This document shows, one piece after another, positions 44,373 through 59,994 of a DNA stretch of 64,000 bases. The stretch is from positions 14,694,001 through 14,758,000 of the forward strand of contig OZ024747.1 of NCBI GenBank assembly GCA_964016885.1, written 5' to 3'. Origin of the DNA: Eledone cirrhosa. Taxonomy: Eukaryota. How positions within the stretch are numbered: position 1 is the stretch's first letter; every line of letters begins with the position of its first letter. The position numbers and the translations under genes are program-made. Below the pieces are notes generated by a model that was not told the origin of the DNA, did no database searches, and saw only the letters and a list, made by a program, of their open reading frames with translations.

Positions 44373-45292
44373 TGTGTATGTGTGTGGATTCAAACAAATT
44401 TTAATTTTAATTATTTTTGTAAATATTCGAAAAGCTTTGAGTAGAATCTAAAGTGGCTTTTACTGTGGCAATGCGCAGTTAACTTTGTTAAAACATGAAC
44501 ATCACCCAAATTATTGCAATTATCAAAGTTGTTTTAATATGTATCACGTGGTTCACTATGATCAAAAGCAATTTGAGTTGTTTTTCTCTCATCCCCTTTT
44601 TGAATTCTTTGTTGAATTATTAAGGTAATATATAGTCTTTTATATATTTACATTGAAAACTTTGATTGAAGATTCATTATTTTGTAGAAAAAATTAAAAC
44701 ACATATACAATTTAATTATTAGGTTTACGTCGGAAATAAAATATTTCTGCCATGCTATTATTAATATCAGTAATCGAACCATGAGGAGAGTGGAATGTCA
44801 TTTTAAGTAGCGTATATTCAGCTTAGACATTACGCATGCTTCTTTTCGTTTAAGTAATGTTATTGTTATTTATGGGGAGTGGGTTTTTGATATTTTATTA
44901 TTTATTCTAATAGCATGCAAAATCTCTTAATTATTTCCACAAAACATCTCATTTCTGTAGAACGATTTCTTTTTAGGTAAACATCACTTGCAAATACAAT
45001 ATTTAATATTTCTATATCTATTACAATAAATATTCACGTGTTTCTTTACACAATTAGAAATTATATATCTTTTTGTATGGAGAATTGTGATGAAGAATGA
45101 TTTCTCTATAAATACTGTATTGTAATTGAATTATATTCCATAATATTTAACATTTAATACATCTAATCATATATACATACATGTATTTAAGTATGCTTGT
45201 TTATATATATATATATATATATATGCATATTTACATATATATATATATACATATATGTATATATATATATATATATACATATATGTATATAC

Positions 45293-45383
<91 letters not shown>

Positions 45384-45444
45384 TATATACATATATGTAT
45401 ATTATATATATATATATATACATATATGTATATATATATATACA

Positions 45445-45566
<122 letters not shown>

Positions 45567-46509
45567 CATAAATATAACATATATAACGATCTTAAGTTGA
45601 CAAACGGCAAAAGCAACAACAAATACATTTTGATCTTATCATAGACTACGAGTTCAGATCAAAGATTCCCATCACAAATTACTGTCGACAAATACTTGAT
45701 CCATTCTGCTAGTGCAACGGTATATCTTTCTACAGGGATTCCTGTATATCGTTTGATTTTCAACCTCACAATTTGTATGATGTTTCTTCCCTTGATCGTT
45801 TTGGTTTCTTTTGCGAATATTGTTTGATTGCCTGACTACGACTAACGTCGAATGCAGTAAGGAAACTTAGAAAGTATTAAAAATCCGATAAAAAAAATCG
45901 TTTGTATATGTCCTGTTTGTCTATATCTTTGTTGTTGTTGTTATTGTTGTTGGTAGACGGCGGTGGTGATGGTTATTGGTTATTGTTGTGATGTAATAGC
46001 AGCTCAGCTCACACCGAATATACTTGCAATCAGAACCGTTCCAGTCATGTATATCAAGAACAGCATTGTCTAATAACGCCTTCCCTATTGCGATGTCGTA
46101 AGGGTGATGTCGCTATTATTCCTAGCAAATCAAACAAACTCATAGATGAACTTCATTGGCTAGGCTGTAATATTTTCTGCTGAATTAACTACATAGGAGA
46201 CAATGATACTATTACTTAATCTAAACGGAATCCTACACAGGTCTTCATAAAAATTTACTAATGTTGCCCCAATCTACCATCAATCATTTCTCATATTATT
46301 TCTTAATATTCCTATGCCATTAACTAAACATTCCCTCTCTTAGCATAGTTTGTATTTATATTAATAGAATCTAAAAGAAAAAAAATGCTATTAAAAGGGC
46401 AGTATCTATATATATTCTACAGCCTAGCGTTAAATTTCTCACATGTCAATGAATGCAGACATCATGGCACAGAACAAATACGTATAAATATATGTTTGTA
46501 CATACATCG

Positions 46510-46716
<207 letters not shown>

Positions 46717-47355
46717 CTGTATATATATATATAAACAGTCATATGTACACATACACACATATACGTACACACACTCTCACTTATATATATGAATATATAC
46801 TACCTATATGTAAATATGTATGTGTGTCCATGTTTGTGTAGCTATACGTCCACGCATTGTTTGTGTGTGTACAAATAAAATAATTCACACAAACACAATT
46901 GAATTTATACAATGACCCTATTCATATGCATATCTTATTGATTAACTGAAAGATATTTGTGCTAAAATGTGTTATGTCCTTTTATAGACCATATATATGA
47001 AGTACATATTTTCCCATATTTTGACTTTCCTTGATTTATATATATGCATGTGCTTTTATACGATGCATTTATGTCTAGAATAGAAAACTAGCAAGAAGAA
47101 AACATGATTGCAACAAATTGCAGCTGTAAGCTAGTCTTGCGGCATTTTTCCTGCTTTGAAAGCTGTGCTACTCTTGAGTGTTTCTTAAGTGCTTGCTGTT
47201 GTTGTCTAGATACGTGCTAATTTTATGGAGACACTCATTCACAAAAGGAGTTTTTTGTGTGCTATCACTGTTCTAGAGAAATAGAAAAGTAGCTAAAGGT
47301 GTTGTAAGACGTTTACGGTTTAACTTAATATTTCCACAAAAGCAAGTGAGAAAAG

Positions 47356-47357
<2 letters not shown>

Positions 47358-47443
<86 letters not shown>
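47358..47443. repeat. (GA)n microsatellite
   Basis: Direct reading. Confidence 0.95.
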
Positions 47444-48501
47444 GGCAGTGAGCGGGGAGAGAAAATGTGCATATATTGAGAGGGAAACTAGTAAAAGAAT
47501 GTATGGGTTAGGGAAAGGCATAGGGGGACAGAGAGAAAAAGAACAACAATATAAAGTAAAAAGACATATCTAAATTGACTGGGGACAATTTTCATAGACA
47601 ATTAGGATAGTGCTTGTTTCATCTTTCATTTTTCTTTGAGGTTTCATTTTCAATAATATCTTTTCTTTATTTGGAGAAGAAAACGACTTGTCTAGTATTT
47701 AGTGAAATTATTATATGCCGTCATTATAGGCAATCTACGATACAAAATTGTTTAGACCTGAGTGGCTGCTTTAATTATCCCTATGAACTGTGTCCATCCA
47801 TATTTTATTTTGCACAACATCTTTGTCAACTGTCTTACTCGTCTTAATATTCCAAAATCTTTCTCTCTTTTCCGTTGTTTCCCCTATTTTATTTGCCACA
47901 AACTCCATCCAAATCTACACTTCCTAATTTTCTGGCTTTTTCTTTCTCCTTATTCTTTATCATTTCGTTGATTTTCATATTTGTTTTCTTTTGTATCCTC
48001 AATAACACATCTCAGTTTTTCAAACTGCCTATTTTATTGTATTTCTATATTTCTCTATTTGTTGTTGGTTTTTTGCTACTGTTGTTGCTGCCATTATATC
48101 TGCTGATATGCTTGTTGTTATCGTTGTTATTGTTATTGCTGTTGTTGTTTATAGTTTCACCAATTTCTTCCTTTCTTTATCCTCCTAATTACTTGCTATT
48201 TTTTCTTCATTTTCTTTTTCTTCCCCATATCCGTGTCTATTTAATGCCGTGTAATTTTTTATGCACTTTCTGACTTCCTGTCTGGTTTTGATTTTTGTTT
48301 CGTGAAAGGAGAGAATTTTATTTTGTGGCAAGCAATAGTTTATAAAAGAAAGACCAGCTAAGGTTGTCATAAGAAAAGTAAACAATATGACAAAAGAAAA
48401 GCAAAACAAAAACAAACTCAGAACACATTTTCGAGATGTAGAGAAATCATGCGAGTGACAGAGAAAAATATGCGAGATAGAAAAGAGTATGTAGTGCTGG
48501 A

Positions 48502-48550
<49 letters not shown>

Positions 48551-48551
48551 A

Positions 48552-48583
<32 letters not shown>

Positions 48584-48628
48584 TGTGTGTGTGCGTGTGT
48601 ATGTGTGTGTGTGTGTGTGTGTGTGCGC

Positions 48629-48670
<42 letters not shown>

Positions 48671-49029
48671 GCGTTTGTGAGCGCGCATCAATGAGTTTCT
48701 AATGGGTGAGAGAGAGCGAGAGATATTTAACATGGAGGAAACTGGATGTTTATTTTATGAAACATACTGCTGAAGGTTACATAACAGATTTGTGGCTAGT
48801 GCAAGGTCTCTGACACTGTAAATAAAGCCGTTAAAGCTAAAAGACGGCCTTAGAAAGTTTAGATGTATCTAAAGGAAAATCTACATGTCCAGCATACTTA
48901 ACAAAATAGTAAAGAAAAAAAGAAGTTTTCCAATGTACTGCAGTGATATATATTCTGGGAGAAGTGTATAGACAATGATATCAAGATGTTTGCTTTCACT
49001 CACGTTGAAAGGAATGACATGGATATGAT

Positions 49030-49750
49030 ATTCCAAAAAGCTGTTAAATGTATAATAGAAAATGCATGAGAGACGTAACTCCATTAATACGACCAGTCTT
49101 TAAAGTCGATAACAGTATGATTGCAAGTGAGATAAAGATATGTATGAAAGAAAGATCCCAGTCCTATCAGAAAAAGTCGTCCCGACAGTTAAAATGGAAG
49201 CTGGGGTTGTGCATGTTTTTGTTTTCAAATAAACACTCAGGTAGTACAGAGAGTCGGCATATTCAACGAATGCTACAACCAGATAAAAAAAATTAAATTC
49301 CATATGCAGAAATTCCACAGAATATACTCAGTGTGAACTTTGGATGCACACAGAATGTACTGGAGTCAGAGTCGGTGTGAGATGGGAATAGGTTTTGGAT
49401 GTGACAGGAGCACAGGCGTAGTTAGCAATATGGTTACACGTGAATTATATTCCTTCAAATGCTTGACAGTTTTATAAGAAACAGTTAAAGAGCTTCTGCT
49501 TCTTATATGACCCACTTAGCATTAGAGCTGGATGTGACGAAATCATAGAAACCAAATTTAGAATTGAATAGAAAAGAAAGAGTATGATTTATCATGCCTA
49601 GGGAGTAAATGTTACCTGATTTACGACGGGTGCAAAGAAATGAAGTGAGCATTAACCGCTCCATTTACAAAGTTAGTGTGTATGGAGACGGAGCATAGCT
49701 AAACAAAAAGAAAAGCTAAATAGAAGAGAAATTATGTTACAGGCAAGGGA
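49030..49750 (+). mobile_element. Highly decayed RTE-type LINE with Cys-rich insert
   Basis: RNSTEYTQCELWMHTECTGV (49308-49370) resembles the NSI.C..C..W.H..CSG motif of some RTE ORFs. Confidence 0.35.
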
Positions 49751-49839
49751 GATCACTGTGCATGTATGGATACGAGATAGTAAAGGGTTATGTCAGTCGT
49801 AAAGAAAACCCCAGTTGAAGTGGACAGATGTTTTGGAAC

Positions 49840-50021
<182 letters not shown>

Positions 50022-51427
50022 ACATTCGAAATATAGCGATTAGAATATAACTTAGTGTGGTTCATTTTTATTGGCTAATTCAAGTGATATGCAAGAACTG
50101 ATATTTTGGTGACTGATATATCCCATAGCAACTGCAACTTGGGATAACGTAAATATAGCTACATATTTTCAATTCATTTGGCTGCTGTTGGACAAACATG
50201 ATGAAGTGCAACATTTTGTATCATGTCACTACTTCGCTACAGTGTCCGTAGCAAATACAGGTATTTCTCTACAACATCGTTCATATTTATTAATATCTGC
50301 GACGAATGATATTGCTACATAATGCTGTTCATACAATCTCGGATACACTGACATTCAGCCTACGATAAAAGAGAATAATATCCTCCTGGATATAATACCA
50401 ATTTACAGCAGATAACTTTTCCAAACAAATTTGCAACAGTTTCTGGAAATGTTTTGTATGTAAAAAATGTTAACTCTGTGAGTAATTTATAGAGATTCGT
50501 CTGTCTTTATTTCAGTCATGTTTTATTTTTCTTCTTTCATCAAAAACTGTTTTCTGGAGAAAGAAAAAAGGAGAAAAAGAATGAGACTATCGCTGAATAC
50601 ATTAGCAGCTCACCAAGCGGTGCACTTAATGTGTATTTACTGGCAGTCTTGAAACGTATCTAGCGTGATGTATCGTTATAGATTATAAACTCGAGGCCGT
50701 TTCTAAATCTTTTTTTTCTTTATGTTATAGCATGATATCCATCCACACACAAATTCCCCCACTGTTTGTGCCAAAAATTCAATAATAGAGCACACATAAA
50801 TATAACTTCTACTACAACATGTCTTTAAACCGAAACAAAACCTAAAATGAAAATATTCCCCTATATAATATCTTTCTCCTGAAAGAAAATCAGTTATGAA
50901 GTTTAGTATATATTTTCATGCTATTTTATTTTTTAATGTTCTATTACTGCTATTCAGTGTGTATTGTTAGTCACAACTGGGAGTGTCAGGACAGATAACT
51001 TTTGTTAGCTTTATTTGTCATATCCTAGTTGTTGCTGTAAAAGATTGTATCCTTTGTGTAAACGAACACCTCAATATATATTTCTAGATTCTTTTCTATT
51101 CGTTATTCTCTAACCAGTTATTCATGCTTTCTGTCTTCAATGATTTCTCTTTCTTTTCATAATTTTCTTTATTTACGTAACTAATACTTTACGTATGAAT
51201 AGGAGCAATGCAATAACTTATATATCAGATGAAATATACTGCCATATCAGAAGAAAGATATACTCATAAGAAATACATATAAAAATACATGTTAGCTGTG
51301 TCAGCCAGTAGAAATTCCCTCATTATATTATTTTACTATATAAAACTAAGGGTTTAACATCATATATATGTATTTATTCATACTAAATATCGTGTGTGTC
51401 AGTGTGTGTAAGCATTTATATAAATAC

Positions 51428-51461
<34 letters not shown>

Positions 51462-51462
51462 T

Positions 51463-51559
51463 TATTAAAATATTTGCTCTACGGTTCTTATATATTTGAT
51501 ATATATTTATCCTTATCGAGCCCTCTTTAAATTTTAGTCTTCAAATTTATTATTAAAAC
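51463..51559. mobile_element. Family H two-arm insert
   Basis: TATTAAAATA (inverted short end) overlapping AATATTTGCTCTACGG..TTATTATTAAAAC (long end). (TA)n-flanked. Confidence 0.65.
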
Positions 51560-52769
51560 TATATATATATATATACACACACATATATATATATATACAT
51601 ATATATGTATGTATATATGTATGTATGTATGTATATACATGAGAGAGAGAGAGAGAGAGATAGAGAGAGGGGAGGGAGAGAGAGAAAGACAGAAAGAGAG
51701 AGAGAAAAAAGAGGCGGGGAGTGGAGTGACAAGAAGAATGTTTGTTGTGTTTGGAGCCGGATTTATTAGTTATTGTTGTAGGCTTAGAAATCTGTTGCAG
51801 TTGTATTCAATAAGGATTGAGTGGTGTGAATATCATGTCATATTTGTACGAGACTGTTGTATGTTTTGATGAAATGTAGAGAGTTCATGAAGTTATATGT
51901 TGAAGAGCAATTAGGTTGCTACATCTAGCCGTGTAGGTGACTATGTAGGGATTATTGCCTTAGCTTGATGACTAATAAGACCTGGTTGAATATAATGTAC
52001 TACGTCGATATTTAGAGTGAGTACATATATTTGTTTTACAGATCCACGAGGGAAAAAGTAGCTTTATCCACCGCAACCTTATTCTAAATGTCATTCGGTA
52101 AAGCAATAATTTTCTTTATGTATGTGTGAAGCTAACTCTATTATTAGGGACATTTAGTGTCCTTTTTGTAAATTATTTCAATGTTACAATAAGGATGTCT
52201 TTATGTGAGAAAATATATTTTACTTTGAAAGTCGATTTTTACATTCGCTGAGAAAATCTTATATGCAGAACAAATGAAAGAAAAACGTTGTATTGAAGAT
52301 ATATAAAACACATTATATATAAAATCATTTGAGCGTAACCAGACAATGCAAACAAAAGAAAGCAAACTATACAAATTGTTAAACACATGTGACATAAAAG
52401 GTGCGGACAACACCCAGATATATAAGACGTAAAGTTTATGCATTATCATCCCACGTTTTCTTTGTTGTGACATAAAAGAACGAAGACAAAAATACTGTAG
52501 AATATATTTTCTTTTGTCACTTTTATGAAATTGATTCCACATAGCTAGGATACCAGCGGAAAAGAGCACAATGTAAATATTACATGCAGAAAGCATGACA
52601 TATTATCTTTCAAATTTTCGATTTTTATACATGATAAATACGGAAAGGTGTCATTGTGACATGTACACATTCTTAGGTTTGCTAGCTTTTAGCAAATGAA
52701 TTAGAGGCCAATCTATACAAGTTTCATGAAATATATTTGATGAAGTGCCGTGTTAAATTGGCGACATCA

Positions 52770-52900
52770 TAAAATCATAAGATGAAATCTCTTGTTTCAT
52801 TTGGTCTCTTTCTTTGTGTTCAAGTTCAAATCTTGCTGAAGTCAACACTGTTTTCATCTGTTTGGGTTTGATAAATAAAGTACCCTTAAAGAACAAATTC
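52770..52900 (+). mobile_element. SINE family 1, degenerate
   Basis: AGTTCAAATCTTGCTGAAGTCAACACTGTTTTCATC..GATAAATAAAGTACC. Confidence 0.6.
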
Positions 52901-53150
52901 AATGGTGAAATCGTTAGAATGTCTGACACGAAGACATATTTTAACGGTTCTCGCTCTGTGCTTTCTAACTTCAAATTCCAACGCGGCAGCGTTGTGATAT
53001 AAGACGGCTGAGTATTCTGCTACTGGAACATTCCCAGAGACCTTCTATAGAAGTCAAGTTTATAGAAGGTCGGCTAAGCTTAGGTAATTGTGAGCAGTAA
53101 CAACAACAACATTAAAACAAGGAAATTAAGCAGCCACGGACGTCCTACAG

Positions 53151-53425
53151 CAGGGGTAGGCAACCTTTTTCGAGAAGCGGGCCGCATGCGACATGGCTCA
53201 TCATTAGGCGGGCTGCAAGCGCTAATTTACATTCGTGCCCACATAAAAAAAGGGCGGTAACTTGGGTTGATTTGTTTCTTCAGAATTCGTACACGTTGTT
53301 TTCCACGATCGTAAAAATGGTAGAAAGATAAATTACGACTGAAAAGTTGGGGTAAAAAAATCAGAAAGATTTCACTTATGTGAGCCATTCAGAAAGCTTT
53401 ACGGGTCGCAGGTTGCCCAGGACTG
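53151..53425. mobile_element. hAT (Charlie-like) non-autonomous element
   Basis: TIRs CAGGGGTAGGCAACCT / AGGTTGCCCAGGACTG. 8-bp TSD TCCTACAG / TTCTACAG. Confidence 0.85.
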
Positions 53426-54069
53426 TTCTACAGTATACTGTTCTAACGTATTAAAGGAATAATGCAGCTGAAGTAAGAGCAGAAAATACTTAGAATTGGT
53501 GGCTGTTGATTAAAAATTTGACTGGCAACAAATCGTTTAAATTCCCAAAAATCAACGTTACAATTTACTGAGTATTTAACGAAGAGTGACATCTAACTAC
53601 TTAGGCATATTACCATATTGTCAACCGAAAGTCAGCAGTACTTAACACACCATCAACATAACGCTCTCCTATGGAAAATAATCGGTGATTGCTGGTTTAT
53701 TCCACTTATCTATATACACATATATAGTCTGTTGTTGCACGGAATATTAAGCATTGTATATTTAATTACTACTACACTGAGTACAATTCTTTATACGTGG
53801 AGAACTTTGAGAGAATACGATATATACACAGTCTTTTCTTACAGACAGTTATTTGCATCTACAAGTTTCAGTACAGTGGCACTATGCTTACATTCCAGGT
53901 CTGAACACAACAGGATTTTTCCAGAGAGGGATAGAGTGTGAGAGAAAGGAATTGAGAAGTAGTTATAGAGAAAGAATCGACCAGAGTATTAGACTGATAC
54001 AAGAATGAAATGAAAGTTCTCCTCGGCGGGTTTTGAATTCAAAGAACTGAGATCAGGAAATAATTAAAG

Positions 54070-54486
54070 AGAGTCATTGAGGAAGATACAGAATTGTCTG
54101 GTGAAGAAATGAAGCAGTTAATGTTGGAGATTGTGTGGGATAAGGTTTTATCATGACAAGTCAGTCAATCATATTGATGGCCTCCCCACTCCCGGAGGAC
54201 GGCAAGGGAGACGCGCTGGAAGAGCCATTCCAACTCGCGAGGCACATACCTGCGACTGGCTAGATCAGCGCCTATGGTGGTGAGTAGAGAGGTATCCCTA
54301 GGGCCATGGACACCAGAAGTCTTCAAGGCCAAGGGTACGACCGCAAACTTGTCGGAGAGCGACCGGTATTTGGAGAGTTTGCCCTCCTAAGCCCACAGCC
54401 TGCAGCAGGTTGCGGCTGGAGAAAGTGTCAGTGCAAGTGGCATCCAAGACGAGGGGTTTACCACCGCGGAACGGGACCGTAACGGC
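54070..54486 (-). mobile_element. CRE-clade LINE 3' fragment (restriction-like endonuclease domain)
   Basis: Minus strand VTVPFRGGKPLVLDATCTDTFS, frameshift, then EGKLSKYRSLSDKFAVVPLALKTSGVHG..LTTIGADL..RELEWLFQRVSLAVLR. Lies between two halves of a family 1 SINE (53975-54070 and 54487-54527). Confidence 0.75.
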
Positions 54487-54544
54487 TTCTATCCAACGTT
54501 CTAATGATTCTCACAATTCGCCGCCTTTATTTCTCTGTCTGATT

Positions 54545-54630
54545 GTTATTTATCTGTACAGTGCATTTATATCTGTACAACGCATTTATATCTGTACAAC
54601 GCATTTATATCTGTACAACGCATTTATATT
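54545..54630 (+). repeat. Minisatellite, ~19-bp unit GCATTTATATCTGTACAAC x4
   Basis: Direct reading. Confidence 0.9.
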
Positions 54631-54966
54631 CTCTTCAACAATCGAAAAGAAGTGTGTAATTGTTTTGCAATTTTCAAATATTTATATGGCTACTTCAAAG
54701 TATGTGGACATAAAAGTCTAGTATTTCCTAATTGAATTGTCATTCTATCAATTAATCCGGTTGAGGATCATTAACGTGCTTCAGATTATAACTTAAAATA
54801 AGCTGTAAAAGACATTTTTGAAATTTCAGAGTCTACAAATGATATTTCTGTTTTTAAACAGTAACAACATAAAGTGTAAATTTATCTGAAAATATAATTG
54901 TCATCCACTTGATTGATTTACATGAATAAGGCTGTACAATTTGAAAATTGAACAAATATTCATAAT

Positions 54967-55060
54967 TGTTTCTACTTTTGGCACAAGGCCAGCAATAATT
55001 CAGTACATTACTGGTACTTTATTTTATCGACCTCTGTATGGATGAAAGGCGGGATTTGAA
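54967..55060 (-). mobile_element. SINE family 1, truncated, with 19-bp TSD
   Basis: TTGAACAAATATTCATAAT at 54948-54966 and 55056-55074 brackets the SINE 3' half. Confidence 0.85.
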
Positions 55061-55576
55061 CAAATATTCATAATGATTCTGTACAGCAAGTGACGAAGAC
55101 ATTATTGTCCTCACGATCTGTATGGTCCACATCCATGCTGGATTGAGAGCAACACACCATAAACAAAAAGATAATAGAACATATGGATCAATTGAAGTGA
55201 TAGGTGTTATATCAAGTACTTATCCTTCATCATTCGAAAACTTCCATATGAAGTTTCGGTCTTGAAAATATGAAGATAGCCTCCGTTGATTGGAGGTGTT
55301 TTCCGTTCACCACCTTTAAACTGCGAGATTTCATACGTATGTTTATAGTTCCTGCAGAGCTTTACTCGCATGTATTTTTTTGTGTCGATCGTTTGTTAGA
55401 ACAAATATATACATATATACTTATGGCGATTTAATCTACTAAAAGAAAGACGACCGAGCGACGAGTTGTTGGATCAACAAAGTTATCTACTCATGGAAAC
55501 GATATGTATGTATCTGAGTAATCTAAAAGTATGTATTCACTGGTAGAATGAGCTTGTTAACATTTATAAACAAAAT

Positions 55577-55624
55577 TCTTCTTCTTCTTCTTCTTCTTCT
55601 TCTTCTTCTTCTTCTTCTTCTTCT
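55577..55624. repeat. (CTT)n microsatellite
   Basis: Direct reading. Confidence 0.95.
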
Positions 55625-55625
55625 G

Positions 55626-55694
<69 letters not shown>

Positions 55695-55808
55695 ATATAT
55701 ATATATATACATACATAGACACATACATACAAACGTATATTTGTATTATATATATATCGCACATACACAAGCTCACACACTAGCTCACACATACATGTAT
55801 ATATTTAC

Positions 55809-55847
<39 letters not shown>

Positions 55848-55888
55848 TATGTGTGTGTGTGTGTGCGTTTCTGTGTGCACGCGCGTGC

Positions 55889-55938
<50 letters not shown>

Positions 55939-58900
55939 ATACATATTTGTATACGTGTGGTTTTGTCAGAACGTGTATTTATATATCAGTGTATGAATGT
56001 TTAGTCTTGGATGAATAATTCTATCCAAACCAAAATGTTGCTCTCACATTTAACATTATTGGTCAATAAGTCAACACTTTACGTGTTTATGATCATCAAA
56101 GAAATGAGTTGCAATAGTCAAAAATGAGTGACTTCAGATTTTTTTCGGGGAGGAATAGAAACCAAAACACAATACTGAATATGAAATGCTGATTCAGTTT
56201 CCTATGACCTTTATTGTGTGTTGAACTGAGAAAGCCTTGGTGTCTCAGTCCGAAAAACTAAAGAGCGACATCAGAGGTTTTTCTCTAGCTACTTGTTTGT
56301 TGCTTGAACCATAAAATAATCAGCTGAACAGGACTATAGTCCTCGCATAGCATCATTGTACTTCTTTTCCCTCAACCCTTTATATTTAATTTCCTTTCTT
56401 CACGAAAATCTCACAACCATTCATTTCTTTTAGTCTATCTTCCTTTCTTTCTTTCCTTCTTTCTTTCTTTCTTTCTTTATATATTTCTTCGTCTTTCAAA
56501 CATTTGATTTCTTTCTAATCTCTTTTTCTATATTTCTATGTTTATTATTATTATTATTATTATTATTGCTTTTTATCTTCATGTTTATGTTTCTTCCTTA
56601 CATTTACTTTAAATGATTGTATTCTTCAATGCAATCATTTTATATACTTCTGACATTTTCTGGAGATTCTCAAGCCGTTTCTTTTCTTCTTTTCTTCATT
56701 TCGTCTTTCATCGTGAACTCATTTTTCTACATTTCAAAACAAATCTACGAATTCTCAGTTATAACCATACCAATTGTTCGGCTCGACTTTTATTTCTTCT
56801 GAACTACGTTTATTTCCACATCCCAATGCTTTTATACAACTTTACAAAACAAAGTTTTTAATCTTATAGTTTGCTATATTTACACACGACCTATATTCAA
56901 TGCATCTAGTCATGTATAAATTCTAATAATCATCGGTGGGTCGAAATACAAGCTTAGAGTAAATGGTAGATCTTCAGGAAAAAGCTTGTGCTATTTCTTG
57001 CAAATATCTGTGCTTCTGCGTTCCTGCGTTCGAATGCTTTGGAAGTTTATGAACAGATACCAAACCAGAAGCGGTGCATTGGTTGAATTGTTAGACCAAA
57101 TCAGTGTGATTTTTGTTCACATTTCATTTTCTGGTCTTGGAAAACTGATGCCGTCTCTGACAGGAGTTGCAACGTAGGCAGTTTCCGCAATGGAAAGCCT
57201 AACGGAAACATATTTCATTCGGTCCTATCTTGAGGAGCGTTCTCATTCCTTTCCGTACACCCAAACGGTTCTGACTATGAAATTCAGGGTGAATTTGGCT
57301 GTTTGACGACTGTTAAAAAATCATCATAGTCGTTATTTTAAAGGATTTTTATAGAGCTAAATATTTTAGAAACTCGCCACAGCCATATTTATTATGCCAC
57401 TCAATTATGAACAACATGAAGTTAGAATTGTGCATAGATTTGCTCACAATGAGGCAAGACTTTCTCATCGAAACTACTGAAGAAAAACGTTAACCTCTTT
57501 GCTAGCATATGTTCATGAGAGTTATGAGTCGACAAATCTCCATTGAACATCTTCCTCTAAAATGCTGACAGAAGAAAACATTCTGGCGTCCTGCTTATTT
57601 GTAGATAATTGCCAAAATGATGAAGGACAAGTTCAAAATGCGAACCTGAAACTCATAAGACAGATAATCTAAATGAGATTTGTCCCTTAAACAAACACTC
57701 ATTGCTAACTCTATCTTAATATCTGTAACAAGCTTTTATTCATTGAAACACGTCTTCAGCGAAATGTACGATGAGCTCTCCGGATGTTTAAAGTTTAACT
57801 CAAAACAGCGGCACTTGCTTAATTAAATGTATAACTTTGTATCTGCAGTTTCTTTTCCCTGCTCTATTGTAGACCGGAGTGTTTTCCGACACTATCTATT
57901 TTGCACCTGCGACTTCATCCTGATACATTTTTATCACGGTTCCCATTCCAGTTCCCAGTAAGTCTACCAGGTTTAGTATGAGTTCTTACAGAGAGGTAGA
58001 GTCATGTTCAAAGTTTGAAACTGCTACTATAAGCAACAATCTGCTTATTTCTAATGGCGTGTATATCACCTTCCCCTTCACAACTCGTTTATATTCATAT
58101 GAAAGAATGTGTATAGTTTCCTCGTTCAGAATATAATCTCACATCCACTGTCTCATATTTGCATGCCGTGTCTGTTGTGTTGTATTGGTTGTCAACAGCT
58201 GTGATGTTATTTTTGTTGTTATTGCTGCTTAGTGGTTTACTTTTCTTGTTGTTACAGATTGGCAGATTAGGCTTTTGGTTGATACTCCCCGTTCTTACGA
58301 CGATGTTGTAAATCGTGTTGTGCTTTGGACGTAGAATAAATCTTCGTATGTGAAAACCACAAATTTATGGCTTCTAGAGCAACTTCTCGTTTTCATTCCT
58401 TCAACACATCTAACTCTTTCATAGCAGAATGTCAAAATGACACCGTATTGAATATTAGATAATGAATTTTGAAGCGAGATGCATTTTAATTTTAAGAGAA
58501 AGACAAAAATGAACAACAAATGTTTGAAAAAGTAAAGAACATAGTAAATTTAAGACTCACAGAGCAGTGAAATTCTTCGTAGCAGCTCCACCTGGAGCAA
58601 CCAACTCCCTGATCCACGAGCTACGCTCTTTATCAGGTTATTATACGAGTTATTATCGAATTTATAGTATTATTATTACTATTGTGAACATTTGTTTTAT
58701 TGGTGACAAGGTCTCACGCCGTTGAGAAGAGAACAATAGTCAAATATATGGGAAATAAAAGACCAAAGAAATGGTGCTAACTACATTAATCTAAGTGATG
58801 ATATTAGCAATAATAACAAATTTGTAATATATTAATAAATGGATAATAATTAGTAGAACTAATAGAACAGAATAAGAAAAGAACAGAAAAGTAACTCTAA

Positions 58901-58974
58901 GACTGAGAAGAAATATAAGATGGAAGATTCGAGACCGCCCAATAATTATAATAATAACAGTAAGGAATAATATT

Positions 58975-59148
58975 AATAATGATGGTGATGATGATGATGA
59001 TGATGATGAGGAGGAGGAGGAGGAGGAGGATGAAAATGGTGATGATGATGATGATGGTGGTGATGATGATGAAAATGGTGGTGACGATGATGATGAGGGT
59101 GATGATGATGACGATGACGATGATGATGACAACGATGATGATGACAAC

Positions 59149-59179
<31 letters not shown>

Positions 59180-59180
59180 G
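58975..59180. repeat. (GAT)n/(GAG)n compound trinucleotide repeat
   Basis: Direct reading. Confidence 0.95.
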
Positions 59181-59390
59181 CAGCGTCTAATGATAATAAA
59201 TATTATAGTGGTAATACGAGTAGCAATATTTCCCAATCCATGCTGCCATTCTTCAGGCTGTTTCATGCTAAAAGTGACTCAACTCCACCATGAAGATAAT
59301 TAGCAACATATCACTAAATGTTTTATCCTACTTAGCTGAAGAACATAAATAAATCCGCACATAAACTATCAAATACATACACACATACAT

Positions 59391-59430
<40 letters not shown>

Positions 59431-59457
59431 TTATTTATGTATATTATACATACACAC

Positions 59458-59551
<94 letters not shown>

Positions 59552-59601
59552 TAATATATATAATATATATATATACATATATCTACAGAGAGAGAGAGAG
59601 A

Positions 59602-59705
<104 letters not shown>

Positions 59706-59734
59706 TATGCATATATATGCATATATATGCATAT

Positions 59735-59994
<260 letters not shown>

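Noticed and set aside
57000-58000. Possible very old RTE remnants on the minus strand (also 41520-41640 and 45660-45760)
   Set aside because: Only faint motif resemblance; too decayed to support by eye.
58791-59293. Poly-Ser, poly-His and poly-Met ORFs
   Set aside because: Frames of a (GAT)n/(GAG)n repeat with no flanking coding signal.
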